A stretch of 64,000 bases of DNA from an uncultured Acidobacteriota bacterium (GCA_963777605.1 CAVZRV010000011.1:192001-256000); one strand, 5' to 3'. Positions 1 through 9,904 are shown, counted from the stretch's first letter. Made by a program: numbers and translations. Notes: generated by a model from the sequence alone, not told the origin.

Positions 1-786
1 GTGCTGTTCTACGATGTGGTCTCCGGAAAGCCAGCACCAGTTGACCCAGTCGCGAATCGCCCACTCCATGTCGGACCAGCCCTTTTCGTGCTCCTTGTAC
101 CAGAGCTGTCCCTGGTTCCAGTAGCATCGGGCCGCGACCAGTTCGCCGATTGCTCCATCCATGATCCGGTTGTAGGTTTCGATATAGGAGGTCTCGTGGC
201 GCCGCTGCGTTCCAGTCGCAACTTTCAGGCCGGCTGCTTCCGCCTTTTCACCGGAGTCCATGATTGAGCGAGCACCCACCGGGTCCACGCAGACCGGCTT
301 TTCCATGAAGACGTTCTTTTTGGCCTCCACCGCAGCCTTGAACATGGCCGGGCGGAAATGGGGTGGGGTAGCCAGGATGACATAGTTGACGTCGGCTGCG
401 AGAGCTTTCTCGAAAGCATCGAAACCGATAAAACACTGATCATCCGCGACCTCGACACCCTTCTGCTCCTTCAACTGCTTGCGGCAGTTCTCGAGCCGAT
501 CGGTGAAGACATCGGCCAGCGCCACGATCGAAAGCCCCGGTCCGGCGTCCATGAAGTTCATCCCGGCGCCGGTTCCGCGACCGCCACATCCGATAAGGGC
601 CGCTCGGATCGGTTCCCCGTCGGGAGCGCTGTTGGGCCCAACTTCTCGCTTCGGGCCAAGTGAAATCGCCTTTTCCTCGGGTGCACTCGAGGAACACGCT
701 GCCAGAACGGCACCTGCAACGGCAGCCGTTCCGATGAAGCTCCTTCGATTCAGACCAGATTCCTGCTCCTTCTCACGATCACTCAT
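1..786 (-). CDS. Tat-exported Gfo/Idh/MocA family oxidoreductase (3' end runs off window)
   Basis: Not in ORF track (no stop in window). Hand translation from ATG at 786: MSDREKEQESGLNRRSFIGTAAVAGAVLAACSS (twin-Arg, possible lipobox LAAC), IRAALIGCGGRGTGA Rossmann motif, VILATPPHFRP, NVFMEKPV. Confidence 0.9.
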   Translation of the reverse strand, partial: MSDREKEQESGLNRRSFIGTAAVAGAVLAACSSSAPEEKAISLGPKREVGPNSAPDGEPIRAALIGCGGRGTGAGMNFMDAGPGLSIVALADVFTDRLENCRKQLKEQKGVEVADDQCFIGFDAFEKALAADVNYVILATPPHFRPAMFKAAVEAKKNVFMEKPVCVDPVGARSIMDSGEKAEAAGLKVATGTQRRHETSYIETYNRIMDGAIGELVAARCYWNQGQLWYKEHEKGWSDMEWAIRDWVNWCWLSGDHIVEQH

Positions 787-868
787 ATTCCCTATTCTCC
801 TTTCCCCCATTAATAATCGCGCGATCAACCCCCTGCCGCAAGCCCGATCGCCTTTTTAAGGCGAAAAC

Positions 869-2401
869 TCATTCCGGCGGCCCTTCGCGCACGATTCGGA
901 ACCCGACATCGGTACAGTCCGAAAACCACCAAACGCTCTTGGGAGTCTGTGGGTCAGTCTTCATCCAGGCACGATGCCTTGTCATGTCACGTGCCCCCGA
1001 CCGCAGATCGAGTGGCTCGCTCTTAAATGACCCGCCTCGAACCACATGCTCGGCCGCTGACTCGGGTCCTCTTGGATCCTTGACAACTTGCCCCTCCGGC
1101 AGCTTCGCGAGGAATTCTGGGTCATACCAGGTCTGGCAGAACTCCCGAACGTTCCCGTACACGTTGTACAGTCCCCATGGGTTCGGCTTCTTGCTTTGGG
1201 CAGGCTGGGTCTTGTTCTTGCTGTTGGCACGATAGACGGCATACTCGCCCAGGACCTCTTCGTTGACAACCGCACCGCCCATAATCCGGCTCAGGAACCG
1301 ATCGTACCAGGAGGGCGCGGGCTCGTCAGACTCGAAGAAGTAAGCCGCGGTGGTTCCGGCGCGCGCAGCATATTCCCACTCAGCTTCGGTGGGCAGCCGG
1401 TAGGTTCGTCCGGTCCTGGCCGAAAGCCACTCGCAGTACTTGGTTGCCGCGTAGTGAGTCATCGTGATGGCCGGGCGCGAGCCTTTTCCCCACCCCTGGT
1501 CGGGAGAACCGTAAGGCGGCGTCGGCCCGGTAATGGCATCGGACTTCAATCCCTGTTCGTTCTTGCCCCGCGTGACCGTCTCCGAGTAGTAGGCGTCAAA
1601 TTCCCGCCAGGACACTTCGAACTTGCCCATCCAGAACCCGCCCAACTCCACGGACCGCTGCGGCCCTTCGTCGGGCTGGTGCCCCGGTTCGGAATCCGGC
1701 GTCCCCATGTTGAAGGTTCCGGCTGGAATCGCGACCATTTCAAACTTCACGTTGGTATTGGGGATTTCTTCGGTGTAGCTGACAAACGCACCGGGCTCGA
1801 TTTCAGAAATCAGCGGCTCGGTCGGGCCGACCTCTTCTTCCGTCACCTCTTCGGTGGGGAGATACTGCTCTTCGGCGCCTTCGTGGAAGTGCCCCGTCTT
1901 CAGGTGGCAGTTGATACACCGCAGTTCGTCACGATTCTTCCGGTAGTGAATGTGGGCATCGACGCCCTTGTTGTTCAGGTTGGGCGGGAAGAGTTCCTGG
2001 TGACAGTGTGTGCAGGATTCTTCGAAAGTATAGTGGGCCGCCTCCTCAATGGTCGATTTGAAATCCCAGTCGATTTTGCTCAGGTCCTTGAAGTAGTACC
2101 CATAGATATCACGCGCCCCCGCCTTTCCTTTCTCGACGATGTAGTCGATTCCTTCCGGGGGCAGGTGGCAGTCGACGCAACCAACAACCACGCCGCTCTC
2201 GTTCTTGTAGTGGGCTCCCTGCTTCCAGGTATCCGTTGCAAATGGGTGGACGTGGCAACTTTCACAATACTCATTCGTAGAGGTCGCCTTCATTCCGGCG
2301 TTGCCGAGGTAGATCAAACCGCTGGCCAGAATGACCCCCATCACAAGGCCAAGAAACAGCTTGCTTTTGAAAACGGAGAGCTTGAACAGACGCATTCTCA
2401 T
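869..2401 (-). CDS. NapC/NirT-type tetraheme cytochrome c fused to an FGE-sulfatase (SUMF1/EgtB/PvdO-fold) domain
   Basis: N-terminal TM helix, then TSTNEYCESCH, CVDCH, CTHCH, CINCH (4 CxxCH). C-terminal FGE-fold motifs F.MG, YRLPTEAEWEYAARAG, PNPWGLYNVYGNVREF, VVRGGSF, VGFRIV. Confidence 0.9.
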   Translation of the reverse strand: MRMRLFKLSVFKSKLFLGLVMGVILASGLIYLGNAGMKATSTNEYCESCHVHPFATDTWKQGAHYKNESGVVVGCVDCHLPPEGIDYIVEKGKAGARDIYGYYFKDLSKIDWDFKSTIEEAAHYTFEESCTHCHQELFPPNLNNKGVDAHIHYRKNRDELRCINCHLKTGHFHEGAEEQYLPTEEVTEEEVGPTEPLISEIEPGAFVSYTEEIPNTNVKFEMVAIPAGTFNMGTPDSEPGHQPDEGPQRSVELGGFWMGKFEVSWREFDAYYSETVTRGKNEQGLKSDAITGPTPPYGSPDQGWGKGSRPAITMTHYAATKYCEWLSARTGRTYRLPTEAEWEYAARAGTTAAYFFESDEPAPSWYDRFLSRIMGGAVVNEEVLGEYAVYRANSKNKTQPAQSKKPNPWGLYNVYGNVREFCQTWYDPEFLAKLPEGQVVKDPRGPESAAEHVVRGGSFKSEPLDLRSGARDMTRHRAWMKTDPQTPKSVWWFSDCTDVGFRIVREGPPE

Positions 2402-2496
2402 ATCCCGGTCCAGATTCCCTTCCAGAAACTGCTAAGTTCGCAGGATTCTCCCACAATAAAAAACACGGGAAAGTTTCACCGATTTCGAGAATCCGG

Positions 2497-3528
2497 TCAA
2501 GAAGGAAAGCCGCCCGACTCGATCAAGGCTGCCTTTCCATCAGTTGAGGTCCGGGAGATTCGGGCTTCCACCCCTGCCATCCGCTCGACCAGTCTCAACC
2601 CGCTTTCCGCAGGAAGAACACTGAGGGCAGTTGCCAGCGCATCCGCTGTCGCCCCGTCAGGGGCGATGACCGTTACCGTACCGGCATGCCTGACGCCGAT
2701 TCCCGTTCGCGGATCGACAATATGGGAATAACGCTCCCCCCCGACTTCGACGAACTGGTAGTAGTCGCCGGAAGTGGCCACCGCACAATTCGACAGAAGA
2801 ATCGTGGACCTGCTTTTCGCCTCGTCCTGAATCTCCACTCGCCAGCCAGGCTTACCCGGAGGAGGTTCCCCCAGCCGAAGATCCCCGCCCACGTCGATCA
2901 GGGCCCGCGTGATGCCGTGTTCATTCAACACCTGGAGGGCTTTGTCGGCGGCCCAGCCCTTGCCGATGCCGCCAAAATCGAGGCGCATCCCCGGAGCCGC
3001 GAGACGGACGGCCTGTGTTCGAGGGTTGAGAAGAACCTTGTCGTATCCGACCTTCGCAAGGGCCTCCTGAAGTGCACCGGCATCGGGCAGGCGGCCTGAA
3101 CGCCGGGCCTCACGCCAGAGTTCTACAACCGGCTTGACGGTGATATCGAATGCGCCACCGGTCAATCGAGCCAGCCGGAGACTGTCGTCAATGATCCGGT
3201 AGAGTTCTTCGCTGACCACCTTTGGGCGCACGGTCGCGATCGGTTCGACTTTTTCGAGTTCACTCTCTTCACGGTAGTCGCTGATCACCTGCTCGAGTTG
3301 ATCGACCCGCTCAAAAACCGCCCAGGACGATTCCCGAGCCACTTTCTCGTCCGGTGCGAATAGGACAATCCGCAACTCGGTGCCCATGCAGCGGCCGTGA
3401 TACTCGAATCGATGGAGCGGGCTCTTTCCGGATGCTGCGGCAAGACCGCAAAAGAGCAGCCAGAAAACGGCCGGGCCGTACCTCGTGCCAAGGCCGGTTC
3501 CTCGAGGAGATCGCATATACGAGGCCAT
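2497..3528 (-). CDS. apbE: FAD:protein FMN transferase (ApbE family)
   Basis: MGT, GAFDITV, LDFGGIGKGWAAD, GGDL, AVATSGDY, YSHIVDPRTG, ADALATAL motifs; N-terminal hydrophobic signal. Confidence 0.95.
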   Translation of the reverse strand: MASYMRSPRGTGLGTRYGPAVFWLLFCGLAAASGKSPLHRFEYHGRCMGTELRIVLFAPDEKVARESSWAVFERVDQLEQVISDYREESELEKVEPIATVRPKVVSEELYRIIDDSLRLARLTGGAFDITVKPVVELWREARRSGRLPDAGALQEALAKVGYDKVLLNPRTQAVRLAAPGMRLDFGGIGKGWAADKALQVLNEHGITRALIDVGGDLRLGEPPPGKPGWRVEIQDEAKSRSTILLSNCAVATSGDYYQFVEVGGERYSHIVDPRTGIGVRHAGTVTVIAPDGATADALATALSVLPAESGLRLVERMAGVEARISRTSTDGKAALIESGGFPS

Positions 3529-4185
3529 TCACTCCCCTCCCAGCGAAAAGGAGACATACTTGATGGAGCGGCCGGCTTGGAGGTGCCGCTCCTCGAACGT
3601 TGTCCGGACTCCCAGCAATTCCTCTTCCGGTTCCTTGCTGTAGAGGTCGTCGGAAATCTCGTGGATCGTTCCTCCGACCTGGCCTACCGACTCCTGCATG
3701 TATTCGAACAGAAAACGATCGTCCGTCTTGACGTGAAGCCTGCCTCCTGGTCGTAGCAGGCTCCGGTATGTGCGGAGAAACTCGGGGGAGAGGAGACGGT
3801 GCTTAGCCTGTCTCCGCTTGGGCCGGGGATCAGGATAGGGCAACCAGATGGAATCGAGTTGCCCCTCGTCAAAGTAGAGCTTCAGGTCGTGAATGTCAGC
3901 CCGCAGGAAAGCCGCGTTGGTCAACCCTTCGCGCAAGGCCCTGGTTGCCGCAATCCAGAGCCGATCTCCCCTTCGGTCAATCCCCACCACGTTGAACGTG
4001 CGGTTGAGCCGGGCCAAGGCGAGCGTGTACTCTCCCTTTCCGCTTCCCAGTTCCAGAATCAGGGGCCGGTCGTTCTTGAAGTGCTTCTCGACCCACTCGC
4101 CACCGGGACCCGCGTCGTCCCGGTCGAAACTGTTCGGAAGTGTCGGGAGAGCTTCGAAGCGGAGCCTTTTCTTTCTCGCCATCAA
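3529..4185 (-). CDS. trmB: tRNA (guanine-N7)-methyltransferase
   Basis: LELGSGKGE SAM motif, PDPRPK..HRL, LHVKTD, TTFEE. Confidence 0.93.
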   Translation of the reverse strand: MMARKKRLRFEALPTLPNSFDRDDAGPGGEWVEKHFKNDRPLILELGSGKGEYTLALARLNRTFNVVGIDRRGDRLWIAATRALREGLTNAAFLRADIHDLKLYFDEGQLDSIWLPYPDPRPKRRQAKHRLLSPEFLRTYRSLLRPGGRLHVKTDDRFLFEYMQESVGQVGGTIHEISDDLYSKEPEEELLGVRTTFEERHLQAGRSIKYVSFSLGGE

Positions 4186-4194
4186 GCCGCCCGT

Positions 4195-7100
4195 TCAGGC
4201 TTCGGATGAAACCGCCCCTTCAACCAGTCGCTTGCTCCTTCGAACCGCCCCCATGAACATGACATATAAAGAGGGTACGACGAAAAGGGTCAACACGGTG
4301 GCAAAGCCGAGTCCAAAGATCACCGCAATCGCCATGCTGGCCCACCACTGGCTGGATTCACTCTTGGTCGCCCACTCCATCAGGTGAAAGTCATAGCTGA
4401 TCCCGCTCGCCATCGGCACCAGTCCCAGCAGTGTCGTGCCGGCTGAAAGAAGGACCGGTCGGAGCCGGACGGTGCCGGCCTGCACGGCAGCTTCAACCAG
4501 ACCCCGCCCCTGTTCCTCGAGCTGGCGTGCGTAATAAAGGAGCACGATCGCGTTGTTTACGACGACACCGGCCAGACTGATCACTCCGACCCCGGTCATG
4601 ATGATCGAGAAAGGCATGGCAAAGATCAGGAGTCCGATGAGCACGCCGATCAGGGACAGGACGACGGTCGTCATGATGATCAGCGGAATTACCAGGCTGT
4701 TGAACTGGGCGACGAGGATCAGCGTGATCCCAAGCACAGCGATCAGAAAGGCCCGGAACAAAAAGCTGGCGGCTTTGTCCTGCTCTTCCTTCTCTCCCGC
4801 ATAACGGATCTCGTATCCTGCAGGCAGTTCCAGCCCGGCAAGAATCTTTTGGACATCGACCAGCACCTCGTTGCTCAGTCGGCCCTCGGCATCTCCGGTC
4901 AGGGTTACCACCCGCCGCTGGTTAAGGTGCCGGACCGTCCCCATGCCACCGGTGTAGACGAACTCCCCAAAGGAACTGAGGGGCACGGCACGGCCCAGGC
5001 TGTTCGGAATTTGGAGCTGGAGCAGGTCATCCACGTCGAGCCGCTGCTCGACCGGAAGCCGGATGGTGATGTCGTACTCGTCCCGAAACTGCCGGTAGGT
5101 CCCCACCTTGTTTCCGAAGATCGCAGTCTTCAGGTAGTTCCCGACCACAGCCGTGTTCACACCCAACAGCATGGCCCGCTGTCGGTCAACGTTGAATGCC
5201 AACTCGGGACGGGACGCCTCATAATCGCTCTTCAGGTTGACCAGACCCGGCACGTTCTCGATTGCCCGCTCAGCTCGTTCACTGATTGTCGCCAGCGTCC
5301 GGAAGTCTTTCCCTATCAGTCGAACGGTTACTGCTGCGCCGGTCGGCGGACCCTGCTCTTCTGCCTTGACGTCGATCTCCACGCCGGGAAGATTGGAGAG
5401 ACGGTCCCGCAACTCGGCGATGATCTCAGACGACGGCCGTTTCCGGGTTTCGAAATCCTTGAAGATCAGTGTGATCTGCGCGGAGTTCGGTCCGGCGCTG
5501 CTGGGACCCAGACTTCCTCCGCCTCCTGAGAGCCCCACATTACTGACAAAGTGCTGGAGATTGTCCCGGTACGGAGCCAGTCGGGCTTCGACCTCCCGGG
5601 TAATCCGGTCGGTCTCTTCGATATTGGTTCCCTGGGGCAACCGAATATCGATGTTGGCCCGAACCGGGTCGAATTCGGGGAACAGAACCACGCCATGGTC
5701 CATCTTCCCGTAGAGGATAACCAGTGAGATCAGCGCAGTGACGGCGAGGATGAGGGTAACGAATCGATACTCGATTGCGATCCGGAGCAACCAGCGATAT
5801 CCCTTCAGAAGAAGCGGAAGTTCATCGGATTCCTTGGGAACACCCCCCGACAGGACCGAACAGACCGAGGGATTGATGATGAGAGCAACAAAGAGGGACG
5901 AGGTCAGCGTGACGATCAGTGTGATGGGCAAATACTTCATGAAGTCGCCCATGATGTCCGGCCAGAAGATCAGCGGAGCGAAAGCGACCAGGGTCGTCGC
6001 CGTCGAGGTGATCACCGGCCAGGCGACTTCCCCGGTTCCCAATTTTGCCGCCTCGATCCGACTATAACCGAGCTGGATGTGGCGGTAGATGTTCTCGACG
6101 ATTACGATCGCGTTGTCTACCAGCATCCCGAGCGCCATGATGAGGCTGAAAAGGACGATCATGTTGAGGGTGTAACCCATCAACTGGAGCACCGTGAAGG
6201 TGATCAGCATGCTCAGGGGAATCGCGAGCGCCACGATCGTGCTCGTGCGAAACCCCATGAAGAGTACCAGCACAACGACGACCAGGACCAGACCTGAAAG
6301 GATGTTGTTCTCCAGGTCTTTCACCATGGAGTTGATTTCTTTCGACTGGTCGAGGGTTATCTCGAACTTCACTCCCTGCGGGACTGCGCTGTGCGCCTCT
6401 TCGAGGATCCGGTCGATAGCAGCCTTGATCGGAACGATGTCGGCCCCTACCCGTTTCTGAACGCTCAAGGTCAAGCTCGGTGCCCCGTCCAGGCGGGAAT
6501 AGGTGGAACGGTCCTTGAAGGTGTCCCGGACCACTCCGATGTCGGAGAGGTAGATCGGTTTTCCGTTGACCACGGCCAGGATCAGGTGTTCGACGTCGTC
6601 CGGATTTTCGAACTCGCCCGGGACCCGGACGTTGAACTTGGTACCCGGAGTCTCCAGGCTGCCCGCCGAGACATTGACATTCTCGCTTGGCACCAGGGCA
6701 AGCAGTTGCGCCAGCGTAAGCCCGTAGGCAGCAAACCGGTCATGATCGACCTCAAGGCGAATTTCACGTTCCAGGCCGCCAAGGACGTCACAGTTCAAGA
6801 CCCCCGGGATCTCCTCGATGACATCCTCGAGTTCGTCGGCGATATCCTTGAGTCTAACCGGTGAAACGCCTCCATGGATGTTGATCAGGAAAATCGGGAA
6901 ATCAGCTACACTGATTTCCTTGATGGTGGGCTCTTCGGCGTCCTCGGGAATTTCACCCCGCACCTGGTCTACCTTGTCCCGAACGTACTGGAGCGCTTCT
7001 TCGATCCGGATATCGGGATAGAACTCGACGATAACATTGGAGATCCCTTCCGCACTGACCGAAGTGATCTCCTTAACCCCTTTAAGCCCGGCCAACTCCT

Positions 7101-7305
7101 TCTCGATCTTGATCGAGACAGCGGTCTCCACGTCTTCAGGGGACACCCCTTCGTATGGGGTAGTGATCACGACAAAGGGAATCGGAACGTCCGGAGCACC
7201 CTCCCGGGGAAGCGTGGCGTAGCTGTACACTCCGGTCACCACGATAAGCAGGATCAGGACCCATACTACAACCCGGTTGTCGATGGCAGCATCGGAGAGA
7301 ATCAC
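4195..7305 (-). CDS. RND efflux permease (AcrB/AcrD/AcrF family)
   Basis: 1036 aa, 12-TM pattern; GMLVDNAIVIVENI, GVVVNNAIVL, RLRPVL. Confidence 0.95.
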   Translation of the reverse strand: MILSDAAIDNRVVVWVLILLIVVTGVYSYATLPREGAPDVPIPFVVITTPYEGVSPEDVETAVSIKIEKELAGLKGVKEITSVSAEGISNVIVEFYPDIRIEEALQYVRDKVDQVRGEIPEDAEEPTIKEISVADFPIFLINIHGGVSPVRLKDIADELEDVIEEIPGVLNCDVLGGLEREIRLEVDHDRFAAYGLTLAQLLALVPSENVNVSAGSLETPGTKFNVRVPGEFENPDDVEHLILAVVNGKPIYLSDIGVVRDTFKDRSTYSRLDGAPSLTLSVQKRVGADIVPIKAAIDRILEEAHSAVPQGVKFEITLDQSKEINSMVKDLENNILSGLVLVVVVLVLFMGFRTSTIVALAIPLSMLITFTVLQLMGYTLNMIVLFSLIMALGMLVDNAIVIVENIYRHIQLGYSRIEAAKLGTGEVAWPVITSTATTLVAFAPLIFWPDIMGDFMKYLPITLIVTLTSSLFVALIINPSVCSVLSGGVPKESDELPLLLKGYRWLLRIAIEYRFVTLILAVTALISLVILYGKMDHGVVLFPEFDPVRANIDIRLPQGTNIEETDRITREVEARLAPYRDNLQHFVSNVGLSGGGGSLGPSSAGPNSAQITLIFKDFETRKRPSSEIIAELRDRLSNLPGVEIDVKAEEQGPPTGAAVTVRLIGKDFRTLATISERAERAIENVPGLVNLKSDYEASRPELAFNVDRQRAMLLGVNTAVVGNYLKTAIFGNKVGTYRQFRDEYDITIRLPVEQRLDVDDLLQLQIPNSLGRAVPLSSFGEFVYTGGMGTVRHLNQRRVVTLTGDAEGRLSNEVLVDVQKILAGLELPAGYEIRYAGEKEEQDKAASFLFRAFLIAVLGITLILVAQFNSLVIPLIIMTTVVLSLIGVLIGLLIFAMPFSIIMTGVGVISLAGVVVNNAIVLLYYARQLEEQGRGLVEAAVQAGTVRLRPVLLSAGTTLLGLVPMASGISYDFHLMEWATKSESSQWWASMAIAVIFGLGFATVLTLFVVPSLYVMFMGAVRRSKRLVEGAVSSEA

Positions 7306-7307
7306 GG

Positions 7308-8384
7308 TTACCCTGCGTTCTGTATGTTTACTTGCTGCCCGGGGCCGACCAAGCGCTGCCCGGTGACAATCAGGAGATCACTGGCATTCAGACCTTGGAG
7401 AACCTGGACTTCAGTCCCTCGGATCATTCCCAGGGTCACTTCCCGCCGCTGGGCCTTCCCCTCCTCCACGACGTAAACCACCCGACCGTTCTCGAGCGGT
7501 ATCACTGCGGAAAGCGGAATCATGACCACATCACTCAACGTGCGACGGGAGATCCGGGAACGAACGATCATCCCGGCGTGGAGAACTCCGCTGGCATTGT
7601 CGAGAGTCAACTCAATCGGTGTGGTGCGTGTCACCGGGTCGGCGATCTCGCTAATGTACGTAACCTTGCCGGCGAAGTTACGTCCACCCAGAGAGTCAAC
7701 CTCAAGCCGGACCGTCATCCGGGGCCGGATGAATCGGATGTCTTTCTCCGGAATCTGAATTTCCACCTTGACCCGATCAACCACCACGATCTGAGCAACC
7801 GTGTCCCCCGATGAGACGAACTCTCCCCGGTCCTTGACCAACTCGTTCACTACCCCGCTGACGGGCGCGCGCACAGTGGTCCGGTCGAGGTTCGTTTCAG
7901 CCACCCTGAGATTGGCGCGGCTCACAATTCTGCGGGCGTCGAGTTCATCGACCTCGCTCTTTCGAACCACACCTTTCTCAAGCAGTTCCGACGATCGCTC
8001 CGCCATGCGCTCGTCGAAGTCGGCCTGAGCTTCAGCCTGATCGAAGAGAGCCCTGAGGAGGGTTCCGTCCAGCTTGAGAATCAGGTCACCCTCCGTTACC
8101 GCCTGTCCCTCCTCAACGAGTACTTCCTCGATCTGCCCCTGTTGCTCTACGGGTACGTCGACGATTTGCCAGGGTTCCACCACGCCGGGCAGGACCAGAA
8201 GATCGGACATTTCACTGACCGGCCGCACCTCCATGACTTCGACGTCGGCAACAACGACTTCCTCCGGAGGCAGATCCTTTTCCGGGGTCGGCATTCGGGC
8301 AATCAGGAACACGACTACCCCGGCCACCGACACGACGAACAGAGACACGAATAGCTTGAAAAAGCGGGATCGGTTCGCAGCCAT
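7308..8384 (-). CDS. RND periplasmic adaptor (membrane fusion protein)
   Basis: N-terminal TM, GQIEEVLVEEGQAV lipoyl-like half, VRAPVSG, GL..SDL.IV.GQ; directly upstream of the RND permease. Confidence 0.93.
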   Translation of the reverse strand: MAANRSRFFKLFVSLFVVSVAGVVVFLIARMPTPEKDLPPEEVVVADVEVMEVRPVSEMSDLLVLPGVVEPWQIVDVPVEQQGQIEEVLVEEGQAVTEGDLILKLDGTLLRALFDQAEAQADFDERMAERSSELLEKGVVRKSEVDELDARRIVSRANLRVAETNLDRTTVRAPVSGVVNELVKDRGEFVSSGDTVAQIVVVDRVKVEIQIPEKDIRFIRPRMTVRLEVDSLGGRNFAGKVTYISEIADPVTRTTPIELTLDNASGVLHAGMIVRSRISRRTLSDVVMIPLSAVIPLENGRVVYVVEEGKAQRREVTLGMIRGTEVQVLQGLNASDLLIVTGQRLVGPGQQVNIQNAG

Positions 8385-8427
8385 AGCATTCCTCTCTCAT
8401 TCATCAACGAGTGAGCATGCGCATAAG

Positions 8428-8446
8428 TTGCACGAATCAGGCCAAA
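8428..8446 (-). promoter_or_regulatory. Candidate sigma54 (-24/-12) promoter of the RND-trmB-apbE operon
   Basis: Minus strand reads TTTGGCCTGATTCGTGCAA: GG-N10-GC spacing, about 45 nt upstream of the MFP start codon. Confidence 0.45.
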
Positions 8447-8778
8447 CAAGCCTGAATAGGGGGTAATGAATGCAAGATCCAGTTCTTTTGCAGCTCCCGG
8501 CTCAGGCTCAACACGCCTGCCGGCACGGATCACGACCAGCTAATTGAGAACCCGGGCCATCTAGCAGGGGGAATGGGTTAAATCACTCAGGCTCCCCAAA
8601 CCAAACCCGGCTCCTTTCGGTGATTCGCTTCAGGAACCGCCAAAGTCCTTTTCTTCCGAAAACGGTGATGCTACCATGACTTCACCCCATTGTGCCGGAG
8701 TTCGCCATGGTACCTGTGAACCGTAGCGTCTTCTCTCTTCTCCGGCGAAGTCTGTCTTACTCAAGAAGGAGGTTACCG

Positions 8779-9819
8779 ATGGCCTTCGTGCGTAAGTTTT
8801 CCTGGGCGTTATTTATCCTCCCCGTACTGGTCGGATGCGGTCCCGGCACAGACCAGCAGATGTCCGCTGCCCTCGACCAGGGCGATGAGACGATGGTCGC
8901 CACGCTTCTCGAAAATGGAGCGAATCCCAACCTGAAACTGGCCAGTGGATCGACAATCCTGATGTTCGCCTCCGAAAAGGGCAGGGCCTCCGCGGTTAAT
9001 AGCCTGCTTGCCAAAGGAGCGAATGTCGATTCCAAAGATCTCTTGGGGGAGACGGCACTCCTCCTGGCGGCCGGCAACGGGCACACCGATATCGTCAAGA
9101 CCCTCATCGAGGCCGGGGGGACCGTTGACATCCAGGATGTCGATGGTAAGACACCCTTGATTCGGGCCGCCGAAAACGGCCATACCGAAACAGTGAAGGC
9201 CCTCCTTGACGCCGGTGCCAAGCTGGAGCAGTCGGACAATTCGTCCCAGACCGCCATGATCCACGCCGCGGTGGCTGGACACCTCCCGGTTGTCCAACTC
9301 CTCGTTGACGCCGGTTCGGATGTCAATTCAAAGAACTTCGAAGACTGCACCGCCTTGATTCTCGCCAGCGCCAACGGGAAGGCGGACGTCGCCCGGCTTC
9401 TTCTGGAGCGCGGTGCCAGCGTGAACGCGGTTGGAAAGGACGGCTGCACCGCACTGATGAGGTCAGCCGAAAAGGGGTTTGCGGATGTCGTTCGGGTCCT
9501 TCTCGAAAACAAGGCCGCCGTCAACACCAAAGACAGCATGGATCGTACCCCCCTGATGCGCGCTTCTGAACAGGGCCACAGCGATGTCGTACAACTCCTC
9601 ATCGACAACAAAGCCGAGGTAAATGCCGTTGATAAATCGATGCAGACTGCACTTCTGTGGGCGGCACTGAGGGGGAACACCGAGGCTGTCCAACTCCTCA
9701 TCAAGCACCGTGGCGACGTCAATGCGGAAGACGCCAACGGGTGGACGCCGCTGAGGTGGGCGGAGAACAATGGTCATACCGAAACCGTAGCCCTGCTGAA
9801 GGAATCGGGTGCGCACTAG
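8779..9819 (+). CDS. Ankyrin-repeat lipoprotein
   Basis: AGGAGG RBS before ATG 8779; signal ending LVGC; about 10 G.T[AP]L..A...G....V..L...GA.VN repeats. Confidence 0.9.
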   Translation: MAFVRKFSWALFILPVLVGCGPGTDQQMSAALDQGDETMVATLLENGANPNLKLASGSTILMFASEKGRASAVNSLLAKGANVDSKDLLGETALLLAAGNGHTDIVKTLIEAGGTVDIQDVDGKTPLIRAAENGHTETVKALLDAGAKLEQSDNSSQTAMIHAAVAGHLPVVQLLVDAGSDVNSKNFEDCTALILASANGKADVARLLLERGASVNAVGKDGCTALMRSAEKGFADVVRVLLENKAAVNTKDSMDRTPLMRASEQGHSDVVQLLIDNKAEVNAVDKSMQTALLWAALRGNTEAVQLLIKHRGDVNAEDANGWTPLRWAENNGHTETVALLKESGAH

Positions 9820-9904
9820 TGCTCCGGTCCCGACATCGGCCGAGAGGCGTGTACCCTCTCGAATCGGGCTATGCAAATTAACCGCCGCCCGCTACAGTTC
9901 CAGG

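Noticed and set aside
869-1780. Active formylglycine-generating enzyme (sulfatase maturase)
   Set aside because: The catalytic Cys pair after RGGS is absent and there is no sulfatase gene in the window.
1088-2731. 547-aa plus-strand ORF, and similar long ORFs at 8757-9770, 20182-21192, 21590-22828, 37018-38685, 41834-42934, 46726-47829 and 56647-57768
   Set aside because: Antisense or off-frame shadows of well-supported genes in GC-rich DNA; no recognisable motifs.
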